Assembly (NCBI GenBank): GCA_964534905.1
Contig: CAZHPZ010000002.1
Location: forward strand, 3,745 to 67,744
From: an uncultured Lachnospiraceae bacterium
Lineage (GTDB): Bacteria > Bacillota > Clostridia > Oscillospirales > CAG-272
Length of the DNA stretch: 64,000 nucleotides
Direction: 5' to 3'
Under the pieces are notes generated by a model that saw only the letters and a list, made by a program, of their open reading frames with translations, ran no database searches and was not told the origin of the DNA. Of the stretch, positions 1-7,585 are shown one piece after another. Every line of letters starts with the position of its first letter. Position 1 is the stretch's first letter. Position numbers and translations under genes: made by a program.

Positions 1-2
1 TC

Positions 3-227
3 GTGCTCTACTGTGCATGTGCTATGGGCCGTCAGCCTGCGGCAATGCTGTTTTCTCAGCCGATAGATTCCCTTGCAGGGGCAGGCGTAATACTTGCCGA
101 TGTGTGGCTTAACGACGAAAAGGCACATATGGCGGTAATAGATTCTCTCGGAGATGAATTTTTAAGCTATGTTAAGGACGGAATGTCAATCACAGTTAAG
201 GAAGACGGAACCGTTGAAGTAAATTAA
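3..227 (+). CDS. 3' end of an unidentified protein-coding gene that starts upstream of the window
   Basis: The frame is open from the window edge to TAA at 225-227. A strong intrinsic terminator follows 10 nt later. No motif is recognisable in the 74 aa visible. Confidence 0.35.
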   Translation: MLYCACAMGRQPAAMLFSQPIDSLAGAGVILADVWLNDEKAHMAVIDSLGDEFLSYVKDGMSITVKEDGTVEVN

Positions 228-236
228 TAAGAAAAA

Positions 237-278
237 ATATCACTCACCGATTTTTTATCGGAGGGTGATATTTTTTTG
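237..278. terminator. bidirectional rho-independent terminator
   Basis: ATATCACTCACCGAT / ATCGGAGGGTGATAT forms a 15-bp stem (one mismatch, one G-U) with a 5-nt loop. A T7 run follows on the + strand and a T6 run on the - strand. Confidence 0.65.
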
Positions 279-456
279 AACGGACATTTTTAAAATTCCC
301 GAATAAAAACCGAGTTGACAATCAACGGTCAGCGTACAAACCTTGTAGAGCGGTGCTTGCGGCGGATTTTGAGGTTAGCGCACAGCAGTGCGGCTACAAA
401 ATCGCAATGAATGCTCTGAAACAAAATTCGTGAAATTATGACAAACAACGAAAAAC

Positions 457-485
457 AGGACGCCTAATATATTATTAGGCGTCCT
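457..485. promoter_or_regulatory. 29-bp palindrome A (AGGACGCCTAATA-TAT-TATTAGGCGTCCT): operator or 5' stem-loop
   Basis: Perfect 13-bp arms with a 3-nt spacer. It starts about 5 nt downstream of the predicted start of the minus-strand promoter. On the minus strand it is followed by GTTTTTCGTTGTTTG. The core CGCCTAATA/TATTAGGCG recurs at 599-619. Confidence 0.5.
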
Positions 486-496
486 ATTCTGTGTCT

Positions 497-525
497 ATTT
501 TATTCTTTTTTATACGAAAAGTCAA
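497..525 (-). promoter_or_regulatory. sigma-A type promoter (TTGACT-17-TAAAAT) reading leftwards
   Basis: The reverse complement of 497-525 is TTGACT tttcgtataaaaaagaa TAAAAT. Confidence 0.45.
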
Positions 526-554
526 TAGTTTTTTGAATATTTTTTACATTTCGT

Positions 555-583
555 TTGACAATGTGCATAAAATGCCGTAAAAA
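555..583 (+). promoter_or_regulatory. possible sigma-A promoter (TTGACA-17-TAAAAA) for the pilin gene leader
   Basis: The -35 hexamer is perfect and the -10 is weak (4/6, lacking the final T). No better promoter is visible between here and ATG 840. Confidence 0.3.
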
Positions 584-595
584 TTGTCCGATTTT

Positions 596-619
596 GGACG
601 CCTAATAATATATTAGGCG
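596..619. promoter_or_regulatory. palindrome B (GGACGCCTAATA-ATA-TATTAGGCG), second copy of palindrome A core
   Basis: The 9-bp arms CGCCTAATA / TATTAGGCG have a 3-nt spacer. The left flank GGA is shared with copy A. It lies about 6 nt downstream of the predicted + strand start. Confidence 0.5.
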
Positions 620-839
620 AACTTTTCGCGGGTGCCGAGGGGGCTCGGAAAGCTCGGGCGGAGAAAAATCGCTTGCACAAGGCTTTAATTTTTCAGGTGC
701 GGCGATGAGACTTTCCCGACGGCTGTTTTTTATCCGTGCGTTATTTGCGTAAACGCTTCGGAGTGAGGACGGCGGAGAGCGTTTGAGGTGCCCAAATCAA
801 AACAAAAATAAAAACAAAATCAAAAAGGAGATTTTTCTT

Positions 840-2135
840 ATGAGAAAAAATCAAAAGGGTTTTACCCTCGTTGAATTGCTCGTAGTAATCGCTATCCTTG
901 CTATTCTTGCAACCGTTGCGGTAGTCGGTTATTCAAGCTTTATCGACAGTGCTAAGGAATCCAACGATAAGACGCTCGTAGGTCAGATGAACACGGCTCT
1001 TCAAGGCTTTGACGCTCTTCAGGAGCAGCCAGAAACCATTTCCGACCTTGTTAAGGTATTTAACGACATGGGCATTAAGCTCGACGATTTCAAGACCAAC
1101 AAAGACAAGATGTACTTCTATTGGGTAAAAGACTCTAACCGCGTTATTTATACGGATGAAAATGGTGAAAACATTTACCCCTCCAATGTAGAATTAACAG
1201 ATAAAGATGGTAATCCCTATCAGTGGTACTCTCTCAGCGGAGAGATTCCGTTTGAAAATTATACAGAAGAAAACGGAACATATTCCGTTGCTAACGGAAA
1301 GCAGTTTGCAAAGCTTGTGGATGATTATAATAACGGCAAGCTTACAGGCAGTGATATTACAATAACTCTTACAGCTGATATCGACCTTAAGGGTGCGACT
1401 GTTTCGTTCAAAAATGTTGCAAGTGGCACAACCATAACATTGGATGGTGGCAATCATACCATTAGCGGACATAGAGTTGATAAAAACTCATTTGTCAGAA
1501 CATGGGACGGCGCAGATAAAAATTACGGTTACGGTCTTTTTGGCAAGACCGAGGGTACTGTAACAGTAAAAGACCTTACTATATCAGGTTCTATTATTGA
1601 AAATACTGATAATTCAAATACTGCATTCGCTCATTCTGCGGTTCTTTTCGGAAACATTTCTAACGGAACAGTAACTGTTTCAAATGTAAATATTAATAAT
1701 GCAGTCGTTCGTGGTGGCGGTAAGGTAGGCTCTTTGATAGGATATCTTACCGGAAGCGCAACCATCGAAAAAGTTAATGTTACAAATACTCATCTTTCGG
1801 GCGCATCACTTATTGCAAAGGCTGTTGGATTTGTTACAAATGCTAAAATAACATTTAACGGTACAAATGAATTTGAAGTTACATCAAGCATAAACGAAGA
1901 TGCATGGATAAAGATGTGGGGAACGGATAACAATTTCTTGACCGAACAGAATTGTAAGCTTGAGGATGTAAAGGTTTATTCCGATAAACACATCTCTAAC
2001 ACATTTATTCCTTACGTAGAAAAAGTTGGTGAAGTAGAGAGACAATATTATTGCGGTATGATTACCGAAGATTTGTATTGGACCGGTATGCAAAATCAAG
2101 GATTTAATCAGTCAAGCTCCAAAAACATAACATAA
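840..2135 (+). CDS. large modular type IV pilin/pseudopilin with a prepilin N-terminal methylation domain and a ~400-aa repeat-rich C-terminal module
   Basis: AGGAG lies 10 nt upstream of ATG 840. The N-terminus MRKNQKG|FTLVELLVVIAILAILATVAVVGY has G-1, F+1 and E+5 plus a hydrophobic helix. The C-terminal part repeats TVxVxD/NL...G-[LS]-[FLI]-G units (GYGLFGK, AVLFGN, VGSLIGY), resembling GLUG/beta-helix adhesin repeats. Confidence 0.8.
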   Translation: MRKNQKGFTLVELLVVIAILAILATVAVVGYSSFIDSAKESNDKTLVGQMNTALQGFDALQEQPETISDLVKVFNDMGIKLDDFKTNKDKMYFYWVKDSNRVIYTDENGENIYPSNVELTDKDGNPYQWYSLSGEIPFENYTEENGTYSVANGKQFAKLVDDYNNGKLTGSDITITLTADIDLKGATVSFKNVASGTTITLDGGNHTISGHRVDKNSFVRTWDGADKNYGYGLFGKTEGTVTVKDLTISGSIIENTDNSNTAFAHSAVLFGNISNGTVTVSNVNINNAVVRGGGKVGSLIGYLTGSATIEKVNVTNTHLSGASLIAKAVGFVTNAKITFNGTNEFEVTSSINEDAWIKMWGTDNNFLTEQNCKLEDVKVYSDKHISNTFIPYVEKVGEVERQYYCGMITEDLYWTGMQNQGFNQSSSKNIT

Positions 2136-2141
2136 AATCTC

Positions 2142-2177
2142 AAATCCCCGCGACTCGATGAGCCGCGGGGATTTTTA
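2142..2177. terminator. bidirectional intrinsic terminator between the pilin gene and spoVT
   Basis: AAATCCCCGCG...CGCGGGGATTT stem with T-runs on both strands. Confidence 0.6.
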
Positions 2178-2190
2178 TATATTACTGTAA

Positions 2191-2745
2191 TCATTCCTCA
2201 ACCTGTTTTCCGAGAAAGCTTGCGGCTGTGGTTATAAGACGATTTTCAACCTCGGGTGAAACCGATGATTTTCCATAGCCATCAAGGCTTTTAAGAGAAG
2301 CAACGCATCCTATTATATCCCCGGAGCTAACTATCGGCATAGCACAGCTGACATAATGCGAAAGCTCGTCACTTATTGGCATAATCTTATCGTCGCCGTC
2401 ACGATATGTGAAAACTCCCCTGCCCTCCATCAGCCTTTCGAAATCCGACGACACTCTTTTATCAAGATAATCCTTCCTCGGCACTCCCGCACACGCTATA
2501 CATACATCTCTGTCACAAATCATTACATCCATAGTGCAGACCTTGTGCAAGGTGTCCGCATATTGCAAAGCAAAATCGGTAAGCTCTCCTATCGGCGAAT
2601 ATTTCTTAAAAATCACCTCTCCCTCTCTGTCTGTGTATATTTCAAGTGGGTCGCCCTCACGTATTCTCATAGTTCGACGTATCTCCTTGGGGATGACAAC
2701 CCGTCCGAGATCGTCTATTCTTCTCACAATTCCCGTAGCTTTCAT
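2191..2745 (-). CDS. spoVT: stage V sporulation protein T (AbrB-type SpoVT/AbrB domain plus GAF-like domain)
   Basis: MKATGIVRRIDDLGRVVIPKEIRRTMRIREGDPLEIYTDREGEVIFKKYSPIGEL is near-identical in pattern to B. subtilis SpoVT. The 184-aa length fits SpoVT, not the ~94-aa AbrB. AGGAG lies upstream of ATG 2745. Confidence 0.9.
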   Translation of the reverse strand: MKATGIVRRIDDLGRVVIPKEIRRTMRIREGDPLEIYTDREGEVIFKKYSPIGELTDFALQYADTLHKVCTMDVMICDRDVCIACAGVPRKDYLDKRVSSDFERLMEGRGVFTYRDGDDKIMPISDELSHYVSCAMPIVSSGDIIGCVASLKSLDGYGKSSVSPEVENRLITTAASFLGKQVEE

Positions 2746-3187
2746 ATATATGCATTCTCCTTTATTATTCAGCCAAATTTTATCTTTACAAAAAACATCA
2801 AAATTTCTCATTTCTGCTTTCTTAGTTTATCTCCGAGTGCTAAAAATATACATAAAAACTATTTTTACATTACTCAAAGTAAAAATATCTATGTAGAAAT
2901 ATCATAAAAGGTATTATTTTGACGAATTGTTTTTGAATAAATTATTAATTTTTTCTTGATTTTTTGTGTACTGTATGATATAATTCTTATATAGTTATTA
3001 AATTGTTCAAAATTTGTTCGATATTTGTCAACAATTATAAAATTTTAGTCAAAAAATTTATAAATTATAAAATATTTCAAGTTTTTTTAAGGTTTGGATT
3101 TTATAATTTAACTGTAAATGCAAAAATTGGATTTTTAATATACATTTTATAATATTCTTACGCACATACCCAAGGAGGATCCCCAAA

Positions 3188-3883
3188 ATGTTGGACACAA
3201 AAATTCTTGTAATAGACGATGACGTTATGATATGCGAATCCCTTAAAAATTATTTTGAAAAAGAGGGATATGAGGTTAAAACGGTCAATGACGGTGCTGC
3301 GGGAATAGACAGCTTCAAGCTTTACAATCCCGACATTGTTCTTCTCGATATAGTTCTTCCGAAAAAGGACGGTTGGCAGGTTTGCAGAGAAATCCGCGAG
3401 ATATCAAATCAACCCATCATTATGATCAGCGCAAAGAGCGAAACATTTGACAAGGTGCTCGGACTTGAACTCGGAGCCGACGATTACGTTGTTAAACCCT
3501 TTGACATAAAAGAGCTTTCCGCAAGAGTTAAAGCGGTTCTCCGTAGAACACGTTCACATTCCGCTCCCAAGAGTGACAACGAAATAATCAAGCTTGAAAA
3601 TCTCGAAATCAGTCTTCAAAAATACGAGCTTAAGCTTAACGGAAAGCCTATCGACATTCCGCCCAAGGAATTAGAGCTTCTTTATTTTCTCGCATTTAAC
3701 AAAAACAGAGTCTTCACACGTGACCAGCTTCTCGACAAGGTTTGGGGATTTGATTACCTCGGTGACTCAAGAACAGTTGACGTTCACGTCAAGAGACTTC
3801 GCGAAAAGCTTGAGGGAGTTTCAGACAAATGGGCTCTCAAGACGGTTTGGGGCGTAGGATACAAGTTTGAAATAATGGAATAA
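3188..3883 (+). CDS. OmpR/PhoB-family response regulator (receiver plus winged-helix domains)
   Basis: The receiver shows DDD...VLLDIVLPKKDG...KP. The C-terminal trans_reg_C pattern is FTRDQLLDKVWG...RTVDVHVKRLREKL...VWGVGYKF. RBS is GGAGG. Confidence 0.9.
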   Translation: MLDTKILVIDDDVMICESLKNYFEKEGYEVKTVNDGAAGIDSFKLYNPDIVLLDIVLPKKDGWQVCREIREISNQPIIMISAKSETFDKVLGLELGADDYVVKPFDIKELSARVKAVLRRTRSHSAPKSDNEIIKLENLEISLQKYELKLNGKPIDIPPKELELLYFLAFNKNRVFTRDQLLDKVWGFDYLGDSRTVDVHVKRLREKLEGVSDKWALKTVWGVGYKFEIME

Positions 3884-3912
3884 TTAAATACAGTCTCCTT
3901 TTCAAAACAATA

Positions 3913-3960
3913 GCGGCAGCGTTCGGAAGTAATTTTCCCCTCGCTGCCGCACCGTTTTTT
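3913..3960. terminator. bidirectional terminator hairpin
   Basis: GCGGCAGCG...CGCTGCCGC stem with a long 20-nt loop. T6 follows on the + strand and a T-rich tract on the - strand. Confidence 0.45.
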
Positions 3961-3965
3961 ATTTG

Positions 3966-5708
3966 TTAATTGGCAAACTGACTGTTATAAAGCTCGCTGT
4001 AAAAGCCGTTCTTGGCTATCAGCTCCGTATGATTGCCCATTTCGACTATGTTTCCGTCCTTCATAACGAGTATCAAATCAGCTTCCTTTATGGTTGAAAG
4101 TCTGTGAGCCACAATAAAGCTTGTTCTTCCTCTCATCATATTGGAAAATGCCTCTTGAATCTTCAACTCTGTTCTCGTATCTATTGATGACGTAGCTTCA
4201 TCGAGAATAAGCACGGGAGGCAGAGCAAGCATAAGTCTTGCAATACAAAGCCTCTGCTTCTGTCCCTGCGAAAGAGTTTCGCCGTTATTTTCAAGCACGG
4301 TATTATATCCGTCCTTCATTCGCATAATAAAATTATGTGCATGTGCCAGTCGTGCCGCCTGTTCTATTTCTTCGTCCGTGGCATCGGGATTACTCATTGC
4401 GATGTTTTCTCTCACGGTTCCCGTCATAAGCCAAGTATCCTGAAGAACCATTCCGATATTATCACGCAGACTCTCACGCTTGATATCACGTATATCAACA
4501 CCGTCCACCGTTATTTTACCGCCGTTTACATCATAAAACCTCATAAGAAGATTTATCAGCGTGGTTTTTCCGCATCCCGTGGGACCTACTATCGCTATTC
4601 TCTGTCCCGCCTTGGCAAAAAGATTAAAATCACGGATAAGCTTTTTATCGGGTGAATATGAAAAATCGACATTTTCAATACTTATATCTCCCTTAGCATC
4701 GGTAAGCGTTACCGCATTGCTTAAGTCCGCAGGCTCCTCCTCTTCTTCGAGTAACGCAAAAATGCGTGAAGCACATGCAAAGGCATTTTGAAGCTCGGCT
4801 ATAACACCGGATATTTCATTAAAGGGCTTTGTATACTGATTTGCATAGCTGAGAAACACGGTAAGGCTTCCCACGGAAAACACGCCGCCTGTGGCAACCA
4901 CGGTAAACGCTCCGACAAGGCTTACACCCGCATACACAAGTGAATTGACAAATCGTGTGCTCGGATTTACAAGAGATGAATAGAATATCGCTTTAAACGA
5001 GCATTTTTGCAATCTTGCATTTATCTCATTAAATCTTTCTTCACTCTTTTCGCTGTATCCGTATGCCATAACGGTCTTTTGATTTTTTATCATTTCATCG
5101 ACAAGTGCGGTCTCATCCGCCCTCGTTGCAGACTGCTCACGGAACATACTGTACGTATGATTGGCTATAAATCTTGCCACAAAAAGCGACAGAGGCGTTA
5201 TAAAAATCACGACAAGCGCTATCTTATAGTTTATGGATATCATAAAGGCAAGTGTTCCGATAATTGTAATCACGCCCGTGAAAAGCTGTGAAAATCCAAG
5301 CAGCAATCCATTGGCAAAATGGTCTGCATCTGATATTACACGGCTGACAATATCGCCGTATGATCTGGAATCTATAAAAGAAAGCGGCAATCTCTGAATT
5401 TTATCCACGGCTCGATTTCTGATATCCATAACCACACCGTACGATATCTTATTATTTATTACATCCATAAGCCACTGAAATACGGCAGTAAGCAATATAC
5501 ATACGACAACCTTACCGAGAAGGGCGATTATACCCTCAAAATCAACGTTTCCCTGATCGACGATGAGGTCTATCGCATCACCCACAAGTATCGGTACATA
5601 GAGTGTAAATACAACAACGGCAAGCGCCATAAGGATTGAAAGCGCAATCAGGAAAAGCTTACTGCTGAGCAAAGACAGCACCTTATTCAGCGTACTTGAG
5701 TTTTTCAT
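3966..5708 (-). CDS. ABC exporter subunit (fused TMD-NBD) with a consensus catalytic Walker B
   Basis: Walker A is GPTGCGKTT and Walker B is VLILDEATSSID. The signature LSQGQ is non-canonical. Six-TM N-terminal half. Its ATG overlaps the stop of the upstream subunit (ATGA at 5705-5708). Confidence 0.9.
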   Translation of the reverse strand: MKNSSTLNKVLSLLSSKLFLIALSILMALAVVVFTLYVPILVGDAIDLIVDQGNVDFEGIIALLGKVVVCILLTAVFQWLMDVINNKISYGVVMDIRNRAVDKIQRLPLSFIDSRSYGDIVSRVISDADHFANGLLLGFSQLFTGVITIIGTLAFMISINYKIALVVIFITPLSLFVARFIANHTYSMFREQSATRADETALVDEMIKNQKTVMAYGYSEKSEERFNEINARLQKCSFKAIFYSSLVNPSTRFVNSLVYAGVSLVGAFTVVATGGVFSVGSLTVFLSYANQYTKPFNEISGVIAELQNAFACASRIFALLEEEEEPADLSNAVTLTDAKGDISIENVDFSYSPDKKLIRDFNLFAKAGQRIAIVGPTGCGKTTLINLLMRFYDVNGGKITVDGVDIRDIKRESLRDNIGMVLQDTWLMTGTVRENIAMSNPDATDEEIEQAARLAHAHNFIMRMKDGYNTVLENNGETLSQGQKQRLCIARLMLALPPVLILDEATSSIDTRTELKIQEAFSNMMRGRTSFIVAHRLSTIKEADLILVMKDGNIVEMGNHTELIAKNGFYSELYNSQFAN

Positions 5709-7450
5709 TTTGTTTCACCTCCTGCGCCAAACTGAGAGTTATGTATCTCTCTGTAAACAGAGCAATTATCAAGCAGCTCATCATGTGTTCCGAAGCCGAC
5801 TGCTTCTCCCTCGTCAAGAACAAGTATTTTATCGGCATTTCTTATAGATGATGTTCTCTGAGAGACAATCACAAGCGTTATTCCGCAAATATTCTCTCTG
5901 ATGGAAGCACGTAAGCGAGCGTCCGTGGCATAGTCAAGCGCCGACGAGCTATCGTCAAGAATAAGTATTTTAGGATTCCTTACAATAGCACGTGCAATAT
6001 TCAGTCTTTGTCTTTGACCGCCGGAAAGATTCTTTCCGTCCTGAAGCACCGCAAGCTCCAATCCCTCACCCTTTTCCTTTACGGTATCCGCAAGCTGTGA
6101 AATTTCAAGCGCTCTCCAAATCTCCGCATCATTCGCATCAAGCTTACCGAAGCAAACATTATCCCTGACTGTACCGGCAAATGCGGTATTCTTCTGCATA
6201 ACAACGGCAATATTCTTTCTTAATGCTTCGACGTCATATTCAAGCGCATTTTTACCGAATATGCGCACCTCTCCCTCCGTTGCGTCGTAAAATCTCGGTA
6301 TAAGTCCAACAAGGCTCGATTTGCCCGAACCGCTTGATCCTATAATTCCGAGAGTCTCTCCGCTTTTTATTTCAAAAGAAATATTATCAAGCGCTTTAGC
6401 TCCCGCTCCGTTATATGTAAGCGATACGTTTTTGAATTCTATCGCCGTATCGCTCTCAGGCACTGTTTTATCCTCGCCTGACGTCTGCGAATTTTTAATT
6501 TCAAATACAGATTCAACTCTTTTTGCACAGGCAATGCTTCTTGTCAAAGTAACTACCAAGGACGCAAATTTAATAAGTTCAACGAGTATCTGCGACATAT
6601 AGTTATAAAGAGCTATCACGTCGCCGTTTTCAATCGCTCCGCTGTCAACACGAAGTCCTCCGACATAAATCAGCGTAACAACGGCAAGGTTTATGAGCAC
6701 ATATGTTATAGGATTGAGAAAAGCGGAGATCTTACTTACCTTCATCTGAAGAGTAGTCAATGCGGAATTTTGATTTTCAAATTGCTCCTTTTCGCTTTTC
6801 TGATTATTAAAAGCACGGATAACGCGAACTCCGATAAGATTTTCTCTTACAAGTGCCAAAACCTTATCAAGTCCTCTCTGTACCCTTTTATAAAGAGGGA
6901 TAGTCAAAGCCATTATTACCGCAACAACGGCAAAAAGCACGGGAACAACGACCGCAAAAACAAGCGCCGACGAGGAGTCAACGTAAAATGCCATGGCAAC
7001 TGCTCCGAACACCACGAACGGAGAACGCAACAGCAAACGCAGGCACATATTAACTCCGGTTTGAATTTGATCGATATCACTCGTCATTCTCGTTATCATC
7101 GTAGATGTTCCGAGGTCATCAAGCTCGGTAAATGACAAGCCCTGAATATGCGCGAAAAGCTTGGAGCGCAAATTAGTGGCACATCCGACAGCCGCACGCG
7201 CTGAAAAACGCTGAGCGGTTATAGAAGCGACAAAGCCGAGCGCGGCAAATATCGCAAGCAAAATCACGCAGCGTATTATATGTCCCTTGTCTCCCGTTTT
7301 AATTCCGTCATCAATAATAGAAGCTATCACAAGCGGAACTAAAAGCTCAAAAAAAGCCTCTGTAAACTTAAGCAAGGGTCCGAGAATACATTCCTTTGTG
7401 TATCCCTTAAGACATTCGATTACTTTTTTCACAATGTATTTACCTTTCAT
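5705..7450 (-). CDS. ABC exporter subunit (fused TMD-NBD) with a degenerate Walker B (Asp in place of the catalytic Glu)
   Basis: Walker A is GSSGSGKSS, the signature is LSGGQRQR and Walker B is ILILDDSSSALD. Confidence 0.9.
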   Translation of the reverse strand: MKGKYIVKKVIECLKGYTKECILGPLLKFTEAFFELLVPLVIASIIDDGIKTGDKGHIIRCVILLAIFAALGFVASITAQRFSARAAVGCATNLRSKLFAHIQGLSFTELDDLGTSTMITRMTSDIDQIQTGVNMCLRLLLRSPFVVFGAVAMAFYVDSSSALVFAVVVPVLFAVVAVIMALTIPLYKRVQRGLDKVLALVRENLIGVRVIRAFNNQKSEKEQFENQNSALTTLQMKVSKISAFLNPITYVLINLAVVTLIYVGGLRVDSGAIENGDVIALYNYMSQILVELIKFASLVVTLTRSIACAKRVESVFEIKNSQTSGEDKTVPESDTAIEFKNVSLTYNGAGAKALDNISFEIKSGETLGIIGSSGSGKSSLVGLIPRFYDATEGEVRIFGKNALEYDVEALRKNIAVVMQKNTAFAGTVRDNVCFGKLDANDAEIWRALEISQLADTVKEKGEGLELAVLQDGKNLSGGQRQRLNIARAIVRNPKILILDDSSSALDYATDARLRASIRENICGITLVIVSQRTSSIRNADKILVLDEGEAVGFGTHDELLDNCSVYREIHNSQFGAGGETK

Positions 7451-7514
7451 TCATTATTTATTCCTCATATTATAACACATTTTTATAAATAATTAAAGTA
7501 TTTATAAAAATTTC

Positions 7515-7543
7515 TTGCAAAAAAGATTAAAATATGTTATGAT
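7515..7543 (+). promoter_or_regulatory. sigma-A promoter candidate for prfB (TTGCAA-17-TATGAT)
   Basis: Hexamers have a 17-nt spacer and lie 43 nt upstream of the prfB ATG. Confidence 0.4.
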
Positions 7544-7585
7544 ATAATTTGGATTAATATTGTAAACGATCATCGGAGGATTAAA

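Larger units (their letters stand above)
235..490 (-). ncRNA. candidate ~250-nt non-coding transcript, unclassified
   Basis: It is bounded by a minus-strand promoter (497-525) and the bidirectional terminator at 237-278. No ORF of 60 aa or more is present, and the only ATG-initiated ORF I could see encodes 10 aa. The body is GC-richer than the flanks (GTAGCCGCACTGCTGTGCGC...GCAAGCACCGCTCTACA). It was not matched to any RNA family by eye. Confidence 0.2.

Noticed and set aside
620-790. Calling the pilin leader a c-di-GMP riboswitch
   Set aside because: I could not find the conserved GEMM-I or c-di-GMP-II core sequences. It is kept only as a hypothesis to test with covariance models.
783-839. 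Upstream start for the pilin ORF (MRCPNQNKNKNKIKKEIFL…)
   Set aside because: It is a non-ATG start without an RBS. AGGAG sits correctly in front of ATG 840, which gives a normal short basic prepilin leader (MRKNQKG|F).
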